NCBI GenBank assembly: GCA_003344405.1
Contig: NOWV01000137.1
Span: forward strand, 124,001 to 188,000
Direction: 5' to 3'
Length of the DNA: 64,000 nucleotides
Origin: Trichoplax sp. H2
Taxonomy: Eukaryota
This document shows, in pieces, positions 12,001-26,460 of the stretch. The first letter of the stretch is position 1; every line of letters starts with the position of its first letter. The notes beneath the pieces were generated by a model. The model saw nothing but the letters and a program-made list of their open reading frames with translations. It was not told the DNA's origin and made no database searches. A program made the translations under genes and the position numbers.

Positions 12001-15000
12001 TTCTCAAGCTGTATAAATATCTATCGTAGACCAAAAACTACATGGACGAAAAGCAAGGACTACACATTGGATTAAAAGCAAGATTGTTTTATCTTTCTGT
12101 TTATGATATGAATAATAGGCCTAAAAAATATTTATGATGATTACTACTACAAAGTCCGATATTTACCAATGAAGTCGGGAGAATGTGTGTTGTACTCTTC
12201 AAATTATTGAGACACAATAACTTTATTTCATATTAATTCGTACTAAAGAAAATTACTACTTGCTTACAATTGATGCCCTTATTGAAGTAATATATTAAAT
12301 TTTTATTGCTTATCGGTGTCGAAAATAGCCGCAGCTGGGGAAACGGGGAATTTAAAGGCTTAAGTACTCTTGTCGATCAAAGTTGGCAAATCTTAATACT
12401 ACCACTCACGTAGGGTTGTTTACTATTGCTTGAGGATTGAAATTATTGTTGAGGTTCACGATGATTTTCAATTAGTTGACTCCAAAATAGTTACAAATAC
12501 TTGAATAAATTGTCAACAAATGTGAATTCATATTTGAAATAAAGTTGCCTGGCTGACTTTATCCCTATTTCTAGAGCATGCTATAATCGTAATGTGAAAA
12601 TTTTTCAGTTATGTTCAATTTTTTCTACTTAGCTTAATATTGTTTTATTTCAGTTCACAGTTTCTGTTTAAAAAGCAATCGCTTTTGTTTCTAAAAGTTA
12701 CTAAGGATGGTTTGTGCTGAAAGAGACTTGGAAAGAGAATTCGTACGTAAATAGCCGAAAACTTTGTAATTATATTTTATGGGAATTCCTTTAAAGTCAA
12801 TATTTTGGTTATTCTCTGTGCTTGTAAAGACAATCTGTGCAAGATAACTTATGTTGGCTCAAAAATACGAGAAATTATCCATAAATAATGAAATCCTTGA
12901 ACTTTGTGATTGGATAGATTGGAAGAAAAATCATTATCATTCTAATTATGAATATATTTTGACTTTTGACACATTTTCTTGATGACTTTAATAATCATTT
13001 TCAAATATATTTTCATTAATTCCTCAAAATATTAAGACATTAGAGATCATAACATTGATTTCCACTTCCATGACGACTGTATATCCTTAATTCTCCATTT
13101 TCATTTTTTTTTACCTAAATTTGTTTGTTGACTGTCAATTCTCTCGCGTTTAGCCCCGTTTTATTAGTAAACAAGATTCATTACTTTACGATGGTTATTG
13201 TTATAATTCTAAGATTTCTTATATCAGATTTTTCTACTTAGTCTAAGGTCTAAGGTCTTGGTAGATAAAAGTTACTTCCAATTGTATTATTAATATATAG
13301 CGTATACTTTCTTACCTAAAGATATCCATGTCAACGGCTAATTACTGTTTATCTTACAACTGAGTAGCAAGAAATAACACCTTGTTGTTTAAATCATTCC
13401 TTTATCTCATAGTGTATTTTGAAAAATTGTATCCCATACGTAGTTTATGGCAAGATCATTATGAATGAGTCTTACGTGAAATATCGACTTATTTATATAA
13501 ACTATCTTTATTTTGATATACCTAAATCACAAATTGGTAGCAGAATTACTCGCATAAGAGTTCATAAACATGATAAGTTATGAATTCCTTAAATAAACAG
13601 AATATAGCCGGTTGCCTGGGATTATAATTTTATTTTTTACCAATAGTTTCTGACAATGACGATGATAAATTATTTTACCATTAAATCCATTTATTAAAAA
13701 TGTTTTATTTTCAACATTACTTGAAGTACTAGCAATATTAGACGATAGTTTATAATATCGTAGGATAATTTATCCATAATTTAAACAGTAAATTCACAAG
13801 ATGATTATTAGTTTTATCAATTCTTCTCTTAGAAAATATTAAAATTATTCACGGTTGTATAAGTAACTGTGTCAGCCGACGGTTGATGGCCAAGTATAAT
13901 TAATGGTTTATTTTTAATAACAGTTCCTTAATTGAAATCTAGATTACTTTCAGCTTAGTGAGTATTGATTGCATAAGATTGGAATATATTTACTAGTAAA
14001 AGAACTACTTAAGTGGTTTACCTTAATTTTCAGCTTTCCTATTACAATTGGAATTTGGCGTGTTGCTACTGTTGATCAAAGTAGACTTGATTCAATCTAA
14101 GATGTTTGTAGTAGAATTAGGTTGCCAGAGATTTCTTTCGCTATATTATAGCAGCGCTTGACAAGGATTATATTTATTACAAATATGAACATTTAGCATG
14201 ACTTCCACCTCCTCAAATTTTACTTCTGCTAAGACTAGGATTTCCATGAGCATCTATCTATTATACATTTTTTAATAGTTACATGATCGATTGCTGTTAT
14301 ATTTTGGTAGTTTTACCATTTGTTAGAAGGAATTTTAAGCATTTCAGAATACATATCACAAGGTAGTAAGGCTAATTATATCTAAATAGGTTGCACTTGA
14401 ACATATTGATCATTAAAGGGAAACTTAATTATGACATCATCGTTATCTTCTATCGGCTTATAGAATTGATTTTTTAACAGTCTGTTGTTATTTACATAAC
14501 AGCATAATTAATTGGAAGAGAGAGACTACACACCTAATTACAACGACCTAAGTTAATTGTATAAAAATGAAGAAATTGCAGTACTTAAGCATTTTCATCT
14601 TTAGTCTAGTTAGAATCAGGTTAAACTTATATAACATATATAGATTATTCATATCATTTCTAAAGTTTAGTTATTGATATTTTAACCCTTTTTTATTATA
14701 GATATATAAGCATAAACAATTCCAAGAGGTGAAACATGACGCCCAATTACAATATCGTTGATTTTATTATACCATAGATTGGGAAAGTCGCTAAATTTAT
14801 TCATCTTTACGAAAGTAAGTATATGCGTCATAATTGGTTCTCCTTAACTTTAAATATTGACATTTTGACTGTTTTGTTGTTATGGATATGCCAACATAAA
14901 CAACTCCATGAGGTAGATAGCAATATGCTATTTCAAAATAGTTTAATTTCTGTTGTCAAAAATTCAAGTTCTTAACTATGTTTATCTTCATTCTAGGATT

Positions 15001-16479
15001 GGACTTTAATTATGCATTTTGATTATAATTGATCTTTGATTAAATGTTCTTATTATATTTTAACCATTTTGTCCATCTAGAAATGTAATCTTAAACAATT
15101 TCAAAAGGCGGACAAATAGCAATGTTTACTTTGAAAAAGCAGCTAACTTGAGTATATATATATATATGCAGATGCAAAGTGCCTAATCTTCTTTTTTTTA
15201 TACGGTTGCAAATTAGAATTGTAATAAGAGTATCCATTTTTATAGATATTCTGATGTCTAGACATGACTGGATAAACATGATGCTAAAAGCAGAATGTAC
15301 ACTTGACAATGTCATTAAGTTAGATGACATTCAAATGTCTGTTTTTTACCTCAATGAGTCGGTCTTGTGTAGAAATACAGCAAAATATTATGATGCCAAA
15401 TGTCGTAATAGTGATTAAGGCTAGTTCTTATAATGTAGAATAACTCAACCGTAAAATTGATTATAATAAATATCGGATAGTAATAAATCGAAACAAATCA
15501 GCTTTTTTGATGAGAAAGGAGATTATGGTAGGATAAGTTATCCTTCAGTTCGAGATCTTTCGTGGGTGCCCACACTGTTAATATTCTATTCTATTAAATT
15601 TTATTTTAATGTAATAAATGAACCTTGTTTAATCTTATAAAGACAGTACAGTTGTGGACAGACAAAAATGTAGTTGTGGTACTCATTATTTACCTTACAG
15701 TTGTAAATAAAAATGGGAAGGATTGAGACAGAACCTTATGATTTACTTGATACTTATTTCAAGACAAACTGCCCACACTGTCGCCATCCTCTTAACTTAG
15801 TTAAATATATCCAATTCAACTGATAATATGAAGATCATCATGATAATTTAAGGCAAAAATATAATAGGGCTCAATCATTTCTCAAACTATTGTAACTAAA
15901 TAGGACAAGGATTTTCCTGAAGCGTTGACGGTGTAGCATAAATTCAGTTCAACATTTTTATGCTACCATTTTAAGTCAATTTACTACGAATATCCCAGAT
16001 GCTCTGATTATCCTATAAGGTTTAAGTTTCTTTATTGAGTGATACTGAGAATTGAATTCTATTTTTATTACGAAATAGTTGTATATAGGAATGTTTACAA
16101 TTACATCGATTCTATACAAAGTATTATCGTATAAATTATTTTTATGGCAATATTATTTTATCTATTTCCTGGTTGTCTGGTACTGCTTAAAGTAATCTGT
16201 TCCTTGATTATTTGATGCTAATGAAACTGCTCTTAAGTAGCACTAAGAATATGTCACGAAATCCTTTCAGTTATAATGCATCATATTGAATTAAGTTTAT
16301 CCAATATCCTATGTATTATCCGTAAAGCAATTTATCTATTCTCGTTAGAAATTTAGGCTCTTTTTATATATTCTAACTTGCTGCTAGCCTTTCTATGAAT
16401 TGTAAAATTTTCTCAAATCAATTTAGTATTTTTTGATTTAATATTAATTTAAAAAATTCTAGTTCTACAATGAGCTCTT

Positions 16480-17830
16480 ACGCAATTTACCCTGAGATAT
16501 TTTAAAATTTTTTAATCTACATGGCTTTTAATCTTGCTGTACTCTATTTGTGAGCGCAATATGTTTCCGATATATGTCAAGTTTATCTACGAGATCTAAA
16601 GCATCTAGAGTCAATTTAACTTGCAAATTGCGATCTTATCTCTACTATAAAATATTTCTCCCCGTAATAAGCTACTGTATGAATTAAAGCTGCTCCCAAA
16701 ATTTGAAATTGAGGTAAGTTAATATTTTCAGATTGTATCTATGAATTGCAATTTAGGTCTGCTACGAAAATGTTTCAAGTACAATATGCTTCTTTCTGAA
16801 TCAGTTTTGCTAGAAATACAGAATACATTTAAGTAATTCAAATATATCACGGTTAAAAAATTAATTCTCCACTGTAAGATATCAGTGTTATTAGTATGCT
16901 TTTATTGGATCAAGTTTACTCAATAGTTTATAAATTGAAGTAAGATAATATTTTCTCAATAAAAATAAATCCTAATTCGTGTTCTGGCACAAAATAATTG
17001 TATGTGCATTATGCTACAATATAAATTAAGTCTACTCTATAAATTTTTAATTGATATAATTTAATATTTTGGAATTAAATATAAATTCTAATCGTATTTC
17101 TATTCTTAGAATGATTCTGTTCGGATCACGTCTGTCTAGAAAAATTGAAATGAAGCAAATTACCCAAAAGCTTATAAACTGAGGATATTTAATAGTTCCA
17201 GATTCAATATAATTCAAATCACTTTCTGCTTTGCTATATTTCTACCCGTAGTATTCTTCTATTTGAAGCAAGTCTACTCAACATATTATAAATTGAAGCA
17301 GCTCAATATTTTCCAACTAAATGTAAATTATAGTCGAATTTCTTCTGTGCAATAATTATACCCATAATATACTTTTAATTCGAATTAAATCAACTCAGCA
17401 ACTTATAAATTGAGGTAAGGTTTATGATTTCTAACGAAATATAAATTTTTATCCTATTTCTGCTGAGTAATACTTCTATCTATGGTATGGATCTGTTTAA
17501 AGGAAAATTTATGATACCGTTTATAAAATAAAGCAACATAATGTTTTTGATTACATACTCGCATGGTATAAATACAATTCCTATCTATACCATGAAATAT
17601 TGATATTCTCAAGAAACTAGTATTTAAAGTAAACCTGCTTAATAGCTTGTAAATCCAGGCAAATTTATATTTCTTCATTCAATGTAAATCTCAATTCGAT
17701 CTCTAATATTCAATATTTATTACCATTACAAATATGTGTATACCTACTGTCACCTGAATTAAATCTACTTGAAGAATTATAAATTGCAGCTATATAATAT
17801 TTCAAAGTTTCAATATTTCAAATATTTTTT
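16480..17830. repeat. Degenerate tandem array, ~117-bp unit, ~10 copies
   Basis: Motif tataaattgaRgtaag..aatatttt recurs near 16705, 16823, 16931, 17047, 17175, 17289, 17405, 17523, 17650, 17780. Confidence 0.6.
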
Positions 17831-19689
17831 GATTACTCTAAAACGCTTTTTGGAACATTTCTACTACTTGACTTCATTGCGATAGAATCTCAGTTCTATT
17901 GGTGTTGCATGAACTAGTCACGAAATGATTCTATATTTAATTAAACTGATGATTAGTAGGATAAAATAAAGCAATATTGTATTAGTGATATAGTTGTGTC
18001 TACATTCTTCATCAATGTTATTATTAGCGGCTACCTATGGCTTTCCTTTTCATCTATAAATTGAGATTATCATGTTGTTGTTGACTTGCCAATTTCAAGT
18101 AAACAACTGGACAAATATTAAAGTATGAAGATATTTCTCTTCCAATTTATCGTCATCGATAAGTAAAGACATAATATCATATGCTTATGATAGTTTTATC
18201 CGAATTGAATAAATCATGTATGTTTGTTGTCGGTGAACATTTAGAAGGAACGTAACTAATTTCTTCATTTATTTTCTTCTATCTTGACAATCATCGTCAC
18301 ATTAGAGTAAAATATGATGATGCGGACATCAAGGAAAATGTCATTGAATGATGGATAGTTCGTGCTAGTTCATGTTGCTATTCTATTATTTGGCTAATCA
18401 CCAAGGCAGCCTAGTCAGGCTAGACTATCAAACATGATTGAAAATAATTGATTTGATTGGAAATGGGATAAAATTAGGTATTGTTTTCTCATCAGCTGCA
18501 TGTACAATAGATTTGAGTTTTAATTATATAGTTAATAGAATATTTCTAGCCATCATTGCTTTTATCTATCATCTAGGGCAGGATCTAAAATTAGTTCTTT
18601 TTCTTCTCTTTTTTATTTTCAAAATAGAATAACGTATTATTGATGGGAGAATAATTAAAAGATGATGATTCTATCCAAAGTCGAAGAAAGACTTTTATTA
18701 AATTTGATTAAACATCAATCGCATATTGTATCGAAGCTTTCTTCTGCAAGTAACATTGAGAAAAAGTTGAAGTCGTTAAAGTAGAGCTTGAATGACAGAA
18801 CAACTTTATATCGTTGGCATTTACGCGTAGCAGAGTAGCAATTCGAACCAAAAATTTTCAACAGCTTCCATTACTATCCACCCATACCGTCCTTGGTCAA
18901 CTTTGGCGTCCTCATCTTCCGATCTTCATATTCTCTATGTCTTAGTAAAGCATACGAAGTAAGTGCTTACTCATTCGTCTGTATTTTAAATATTAATACG
19001 CTAGTAAAATGGTTTAAACTTTGTTGATAACTTTTTCGATTTATTTTACTATCCAAAATGATGCTAGCAATCTTAGCGGGTTTATTATTTGTTTCGATTT
19101 ATATCCTACTCTGTTTTTGACTTTCCCATTTTAAAATGTCCTTAACAACCAAAATGGCGAATGATTAGTCTATTTTCCTCTCCTCCAATATACTCCCATG
19201 AATCTATTATAGTCCTTTAACTTATTATTCCACATAATGATGTAAACTTAAAACTTAAAAATTTTTGTAATTAAGCCCAGTAGAAATGAATTCAACGGGT
19301 AAACTATCGATCCACACTACTGGGTTATGTTATTTTAATTGTGGTATCTTATTTGCGTCCCATTTCACTTCTTTCCCATTCCTGAAACGATTATCTATAT
19401 GTAGTGAAATACACAGAAATGGGCGATCATCTATTGCTTTATGATTTATAGCAGCTAAACGTAATGTTGATAATGGTTATATTGAACTAGCCATTATTGA
19501 ACTTTAGATATCGATTAAGGCAGAAAAATTATTTCTATCATTCTTTTTTTTATATTTTTAGTCATCTTTACTTACTAATAGTGTTTATGGTCTTTTCCTT
19601 CATAATCTTGATTAATTACAATTACTCATTTTAAAATATCGATCGGATTAAGCTGAAATTGTTGAAGGTAAGCGAGATGATGATTGAAA

Positions 19690-21080
19690 TGGAAGGAAAT
19701 TACTTGGCTATGCGATGGAAATAAGGTTCTTGAATACGTTAATTGCATTTTCCCTTAACTGGCCGAAACTATCTGGTAGACCTTCTCTTAAGCGAGAGGA
19801 GATTAAATTTGAATGAGAATACCAAGCTACGCTAATGAAATAATGTTCTTAACCACGTTAATGGCAATATTCCTTGACCGATAGAAACTATCCAGTAGAC
19901 CACCGTATTAAATTAGATTGAAATGCCCGGCCATATTATGGAGATTGTTCTGAAGACGTTGATTGCGTTTTCACTTGATCAATGAAAACAGTCTTATAGA
20001 CTATCATTAGAGTGACAGGATGATTAAAAATTGGAATAAAAATATCGGTCTAGCTTCAGAAATGAGGCTGTTATACACATTTATTGCAATTTCTCTTGAT
20101 TGATAGAAGCTATGATATGGAAATAACGCTCACACATTTTCATAGCGATTTCTCATGATCGATGGAAAAGCTCGGTAGGCTATTCAATTGAATGAGAGTA
20201 CCTGGCTATGCCTCGGAAATAATGTTCTTAAAGCACGTTGACCGCATTTTTCCTTGACCGATAAAAACTGTCNNNNNNNNNNNNNNNNNNNNGCAATATT
20301 CCTTGACCGATAGAAACTATCCAGTAGACCACCGTATTAAATTAGATTGAAATGCCCGGCCATATTATGGAGATTGTTCTGAAGACGTTGATTGCGTTTT
20401 CACTTGATCAATGAAAACAGTCTTATAGACTATCATTAGAGTGACAGGATGATTAAAAATTGGAATAAAAATATCGGTCTAGCTTCAGAAATAAGGTTGT
20501 TATACACATTTATTGCAATTTCTCTTGATTGATAGAAGCTATCTAGTTGGCTATTAAATTTGAATCAAATACCAGGCCATACTATGGAAATAGTTCTGAG
20601 GTCATTGATTACGTTTTATCTTGATCGATGGCAACTTTCTTGTAGACTATTGCTCAAGTGAGAGGATGATTAAAATCGGGATGAAAAGCCGGTCTATGAT
20701 ATGGAAATAACGCTCACACATTTTCATAGCGATTTCTCATGATCGATGGAAAAGTTCGGTAGGCTATTCAATTGAATGAGAGTACCTGGCTATGCCTCGG
20801 AAATAATGTTCTTAAAGCACGTTGACCGCATTTTTCCTTGACCGATAAAAACTGTCCGGCAGACTATTCAATTGCAATGAGAATATTAGGCTATTCCATG
20901 GGAATAAAACCCTTGAAAATATTGATTGCATTTTCTCTGGATTGTTGGAAACCGCCTAGTAAACTATAAGTGAAATAATGATTCAATTAGAATGAGAATA
21001 CTGGTCTATGTTATGCCAATAACGTTCTTGAATACATTGATTTACATTTTATATTGGCCGATGAAAACGATCTGGCTAAT
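19690..21080. repeat. Degenerate tandem array, alternating ~116/~99-bp units, spanning the second gap
   Basis: Unit ggctatg..ggaaataatgttctt..acgttgattgcattttccttgaccgatagaaactat..gtagactat; anchors near 19706, 19824, 19929, 20046 and 20477, 20575, 20691, 20788, 20889, 21003. Confidence 0.8.
19864..20856. other. Haplotype overlap across 20-N gap (20273-20292): 19864-20272 vs 20293-20856
   Basis: Near-identical copies; the right copy is 155 bp longer and differs by a few substitutions. Confidence 0.9.
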
Positions 21081-22529
21081 TCTCTTTTTAATAAAGCTAT
21101 GATGAACATTGAGGATGATGGAGAAAAGTAGTATACTTCACGGATGCTGCCATATCAACCGGCCTACTGAATAGGATCAACTTGTTGATGGCAGAAGTAA
21201 AAGAGAGCAAAAAATTATACTGCAATATACTTACCGTACTCGTCAATATTTAGTCCATGATTGGGACACCAATAACAGCAATAAATTAAAATTTAAATAT
21301 AACTTGATTGTATTATATTACAGTCGAAATAGCAATGATTTATATGGATATGGTATCATATTGGTCAAAGATAGGATGCAAATTAATTTAGTATTAACAG
21401 AGTGATCATGTGAAAAATGAAAACGAACTGCTCCATCATGATGGAGACATAGTGTACAAGGATTTCATTGGATTATCCATCCACCATACCCATCATAAAG
21501 TGTCACTTTCTTCTTCACTTTCCTCAACATCTCCATCATGGCTTTGTATTCTTATTAGAGTGATGATTAACGAGTATCTATTCATCAAATGGGATGTCTA
21601 TTAATACGGGTGTTAATCATGCGTGACATGGCGTTGACTACAAGGGAGCGAGAAAAATTCAACGTGATTAAAAAATTACTTTTGGAGTCGTTTAGCCATG
21701 GGTAGTTGTGGCCAAGGCTAGATTATTTTACTGGGCTGCTTGCTGTCTCATTTTTCTGGAGGTTTAATACTGCTGACAATTAATATGCAGCGATGTTATG
21801 CTCAGAGAAGGAATAGCGATACTTTTGGGATCAATCAACGGCTATTCTCTGCCGTTGCGTAGCTACCGCTATTTTTCTCGATATGAATTCTACCTTCTTT
21901 ATTGCTTCCATTAATTAATCTGATATGTATTAACCATTTTATACATTCTGAGAACAACTAGTCCGTAGATTATAGACATTGTTTATAAATTACTATGAGT
22001 CATAAAATTATCAATCGTAAAGTGAGCTCGGCTGGGAGATTCTAGCAGCATCAATGATGATTTTAATGGTGTTCTTCTTGAAAATTTCATATTAACTTCA
22101 AGTACATGCATGGAATTTTATGACATGTAATCACAGTGGGTTAAGACCATTGTTTGCATAAAGAAATGCCTTCATGTTCTAGTTAGACTAAAGATTAACA
22201 GTAAGTTTAAGGGAAAATCTTTCATAACAGAGAGCTAGTCCTTTGCCGTGATTGGAATAATACAATAATTGTTCTGAAAGTACTTTACGATAAAATCAAA
22301 GTTAATATAGAGAGGCAAATGGTTTTCAGCTGTTTGAGATTTTACGATTTATTTTAAATGTAGGATCAATTCACTCGTATTAGGATGAAGAAACGTTAAT
22401 AAACATATTAGAATGAAAATATATACGAATAATAGCGTTAAAGATAGGAGTATGGACGATCCCAGGGTGTCTTTGCTTCTACTGTATAGTTTATTTTAAA
22501 AGTAGTGGTCGATGTAATTATTTTGGAAT

Positions 22530-23080
22530 CAAGAAACCTTGATAAATATTTTAGATTAAAGTTGGGATTAGTGATCATGGTAAGAATAAAGGAGATCGTA
22601 GTCTATCTTTGCTTATACTTTTAATTTATTTGGTTTCATGCAATACCGTCGTGTTGGAAGGAAGAAGCTGTCGTGATCTATTTTAGAATATGAAGTTAGG
22701 TTAATAAAGATGATAAGAGTCAAAGAATCTTAGTCTATCTTTGCTTGTACGCCTAATTTATTTTAGCTTTTGAGTTCATGCCGTTGTGATGGAATGAGAA
22801 AACTTTCATGATCTATTTCAGAATAAAAATTGTATTAACGATAAGAATAAAGAGGATCTTGGTCTATCTTCGCATGTATAATTTATTTTAGCTTTAGAGT
22901 TCAAACAGCTGTTTTGAATTGATGAACTTTCATGGCCTATTTTAGATTCAGCCTTAACTATTAGAGCAGAGAGAATCTTAGTTTATCTTCGCTCTTGCAA
23001 TTCAATTTAACTTTTGGTTTCATGCACTTGTTATGGAACGAGAAAACTTTCATAGTCCATTTTAGAATCCAGTCAGCGTT
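22530..23080. repeat. Degenerate tandem array, ~120-135-bp unit, ~5 copies
   Basis: Motifs ctattttagaat, tcttagtctatctttgct and gaaaactttcat recur near 22548, 22679, 22815, 22938, 23058. Confidence 0.7.
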
Positions 23081-23639
23081 GCGAGTTAGAGTAAATATAT
23101 TTTCGGTTTACCTTAACACTGCCATTTAAGTTGTTCTGCAAAAAAAATTCCATGATTTACTTCATTACGGGTACAAATTTAGCTTTAAACAGAAGTATGG
23201 TAAATATCTACTTGAATTGCTTTAAGTTATCTGCATTGATTCATATTTTCACTGAGATAAATATCGAAGGATAAAAGCAAAATTTTTTCATACCAGCAAT
23301 CCTTGGCGAGATTGAAAATAGTTGCTGCAATAAAGCAATCATACAGAGATAGGATTAGTGCTAGTTTGTCTAATGAGCCATAATCAAAAATAAGAGCAAT
23401 CCAATTCTAAATTCATTTTACCTTTCATCATCGATTATTGAAGTAGTTGCTCCGGATCAAATAATATCTAACTCTATAACGTTCTAAGTAATCAAGTTGA
23501 AATGAGCAAGAAGAGCAAAAGTTCTTTCAGCCTATTCTTGTAATACTGTACAGTATTTGAAAAGGTCATGGACCTGTTTCAATCCGGTGACTAATGCGCT
23601 TTATACGAGTGTAAAAGTGAGTAAGAGATCCAATAATTT

Positions 23640-24565
23640 CAATATAGTTTAGATGTGGTATCGATATCACTCTTATAATACTAATGGGTGGAAGAAGAAC
23701 GTCAATCATTATAATGCAGTTTGGCTATAGTAAATATGGTTAGTCTAGATGTGCTAGATAGAGTTTCAATATGTTCATCTAGTTATCGATTAACAAAATA
23801 GAGTATCCATGTTACCTTGTACAGTAATATTAAAATGAAGAAGAAGAGCCATACTCACGCCGATAGAAGGTCGAGATAACTCTTTATGATTATGTAAAAG
23901 CGACAAAAAAGAGTCGCTTTAATTACTCGTTGCAGTTAGGATCGATATTAATCTGAAGAATAATGTCAATATAAAGAAGAAAGACCCACCAATTTAGAAT
24001 TAGAATCGAGAATACTCCTTCAAATAATATCAAAGTGAAGAGAAAAGCTACATCAATTGCCTTTAGAATCTAGATTACTCTTTAAATAATGTCAAAGTGG
24101 AGAAGAAAGCTCCACTAGCTTCAATTAGAAGCGATATTACTCTTAAGAATAATGTAAAAGTGAAGAAGAAAGCCACACCATTTGCTATTAGCATCGATGT
24201 TGTTCTTTACAATAATATCGAGTGAAGAAGAAAGCTCCATCTGTTTCAATTAGAATCGTTATTACTCTTAAAAGTAATCAGTGTCAAGTGATGAAGAAAG
24301 TCACAATAATTACAGTTAGCCTCATTATTAGTCTTTGGAATAATGTCAGAGCGAAAAAGAAAGCCACACTAGTTTCAATTAAAATCGATATTGCTCATTA
24401 AAATAAATAATAAATGTCAAAGTGATGAAGGAAGCCACGCCAATGGCAATTAGAATCGATATTACTCTTTACAATAACAGAAAAATGGGAAAAAGGCCAC
24501 AATAATGTCAATATAGGATCGATATTACTCTTCATGATGATATCGAATTGAAGAAGAAAAGTCAT
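23640..24565. repeat. Degenerate tandem array, ~63-bp unit, >10 copies
   Basis: tagaatcgatattactcttt...aataatgtcaaagtgaagaagaaagcc recurs near 23938, 24001, 24065, 24126, 24189, 24251, 24317, 24380, 24451, 24514. Confidence 0.85.
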
Positions 24566-24689
24566 AATATTTTGAACAAATTAAGCTACGTGCCCAATAC
24601 CGTAGCAGTAGGCTAATGCTGTCGCATATGGTGCAATTTTCCTAGTATCTATAAATCTGAATGTTGTGGTCTTGGATGAAAGAATAATC

Positions 24690-25640
24690 ATAAGGCATTT
24701 AATCATGAAGTCAAAATAAACAAGAAGAGAGGGAAAACACGATATCACTGTATTTTAGACTTGGTTAACTACACAAATTAACGAGATTAGAAAAAGTTAA
24801 AGTATTTTAAACGTCGGCAAAGAGGATTCATGTCCTCGCATAAGATCACTTAGTATATTTAATAGCCTTAATAACGAAGTAAACTTGAGTAAAAAGGAGC
24901 TTGTAATTTCACTATATTTTATCCTTCGACGAGGTGGATTACTGTTATTATTTAGAAATAAATTTAAAGTGAACAAGAAGAGAGGGGGAGGAGGGTTGGG
25001 AATATCTTCACTCTAATTTCGTCTTCGTCGAAGAGGATTGATGTCGTCGCTTAGTATCCAGAATATTCTCAATCATGAAACCAACGTGAGCAAAAAGGGC
25101 TGAAGTAATTTTACGGTATTTTAACCGACGTTATGGAGGCGTTATTTAGGATCATTTAGTGTCTATATTATTATCAATAACAAAGTCGATTTGAGGGAAA
25201 CGAGCCAAAGGAATCTCACGGTATATTAACCTTTAACAAGGATTAATGTCGTTGTTCAGGATCATCTAGTATCTATCTATAATGCACATATTCTTAATTA
25301 TGAAGTCCATGTGAATAGAAAGAAGTAAAGGAACTTTACGGTATTTAACCTTAGACGATGAGGATTAATGTTGATGTTGTTATTTATAGTCATCTAGTAT
25401 TTACAATATTTTTAATAACGGAATCAATGCGAGTAGAAAGAGCCATAGAATTTTCACGGTATTTTAATCTTCGACAAGGAGGATTAATGCCGTTGTTTAG
25501 GATCATCTCATGGTTATAATAATTCTAATAACGAAATCAACGTTAGTGCGACAAAGTGGATTAATATCGTTAGCTAGGATAATCTAATATCAACAATATT
25601 CTTAATTGTAAAGTTAAGGTGAGTAAAACGAGCCAAAGTA
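24690..25640. repeat. Degenerate tandem array, ~105-120-bp unit
   Basis: tcacggtattttaaccttcgacgaggaggattaatgtcgttgtttaggatcatctagt recurs near 24914, 25012, 25116, 25220, 25340, 25458. Confidence 0.8.
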
Positions 25641-26039
25641 ATTTCATTATAAGTTGGGAAACAAGACAGTGAACTCAATAGTGTAGCATAGGATAGAATG
25701 ATGTCTTTATTATGCTTTAGAATCAAGCCAAATTAAACATGATAAAGGAAAAATATATCATTTCACTTCATTTTAGTCTTCTTGAGATGAATTGATGCAG
25801 CTCTTTAGCATTATTCCATGTCGAAACGGTGATATTCTATAATATAGAGTCGAAGTCGACAAGAAGTGAAAAATCATTGTCAATTAATCATCTTTGGTAG
25901 CGTCAGAAGCGCATGCAGTCATCTAAGATACAATATTGATGCTCTTTTACTATCCAGTGTCATTTTCCAGTCGAGCATATACTATTTTCCATTAATTAAT
26001 AATTTATCTAGTCTCCAATCAATAATCGCTACAATCAGC

Positions 26040-26460
26040 CATTCAAATCGATATTCATCCTATTTTAATCTACTAAAAATAGATTATTCGTAGTGGATAA
26101 TCGTTGCCGGTAGACTATCACTACCATCAGCTCTTCAGGCCATTATTCATCCTGTTTCAATCCTTCGCAGATAGATTATTCCTCGAGGTATTAGTCACCA
26201 TCAGGCTATATACATCACTTATTTAAGCTAAAATTTATCTTTTTTCAGTCCATCGAAGACCAATTATCCCTCAGGGAGGCAGTTGCCATAGGGCTATATC
26301 CGCTACCTGCTCTTGAAGCCAATACGGGTCCTAATTCAATCAGTCCAAGATAAGTTATTCCTACTAGATCATAGTTATAATCAAGTTAGAACTATCAAGA
26401 GCTCCTCAGGCCAAATTCGTTATATTACAGTCAATCTAAGATATATCAATTAATTATTAT
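26040..26460. repeat. Degenerate tandem array, ~90-bp unit, 4-5 copies
   Basis: gattattcc-like anchors at 26082, 26174, 26262, 26354 with shared gctcttcaggcca / tcctattttaatc motifs. Confidence 0.55.

Noticed and set aside
21410-21604. His/Ser-rich 64-aa ORF and 16-bp palindrome ctccatcatgatggag (21431-21446)
   Set aside because: GTG start, low complexity, no splice or homology support; one such palindrome is weak evidence.
23640-25640. Regularly spaced repeats as a CRISPR array
   Set aside because: Whole units are homologous and degenerate, with no unique spacers and no cas genes; context is eukaryotic.
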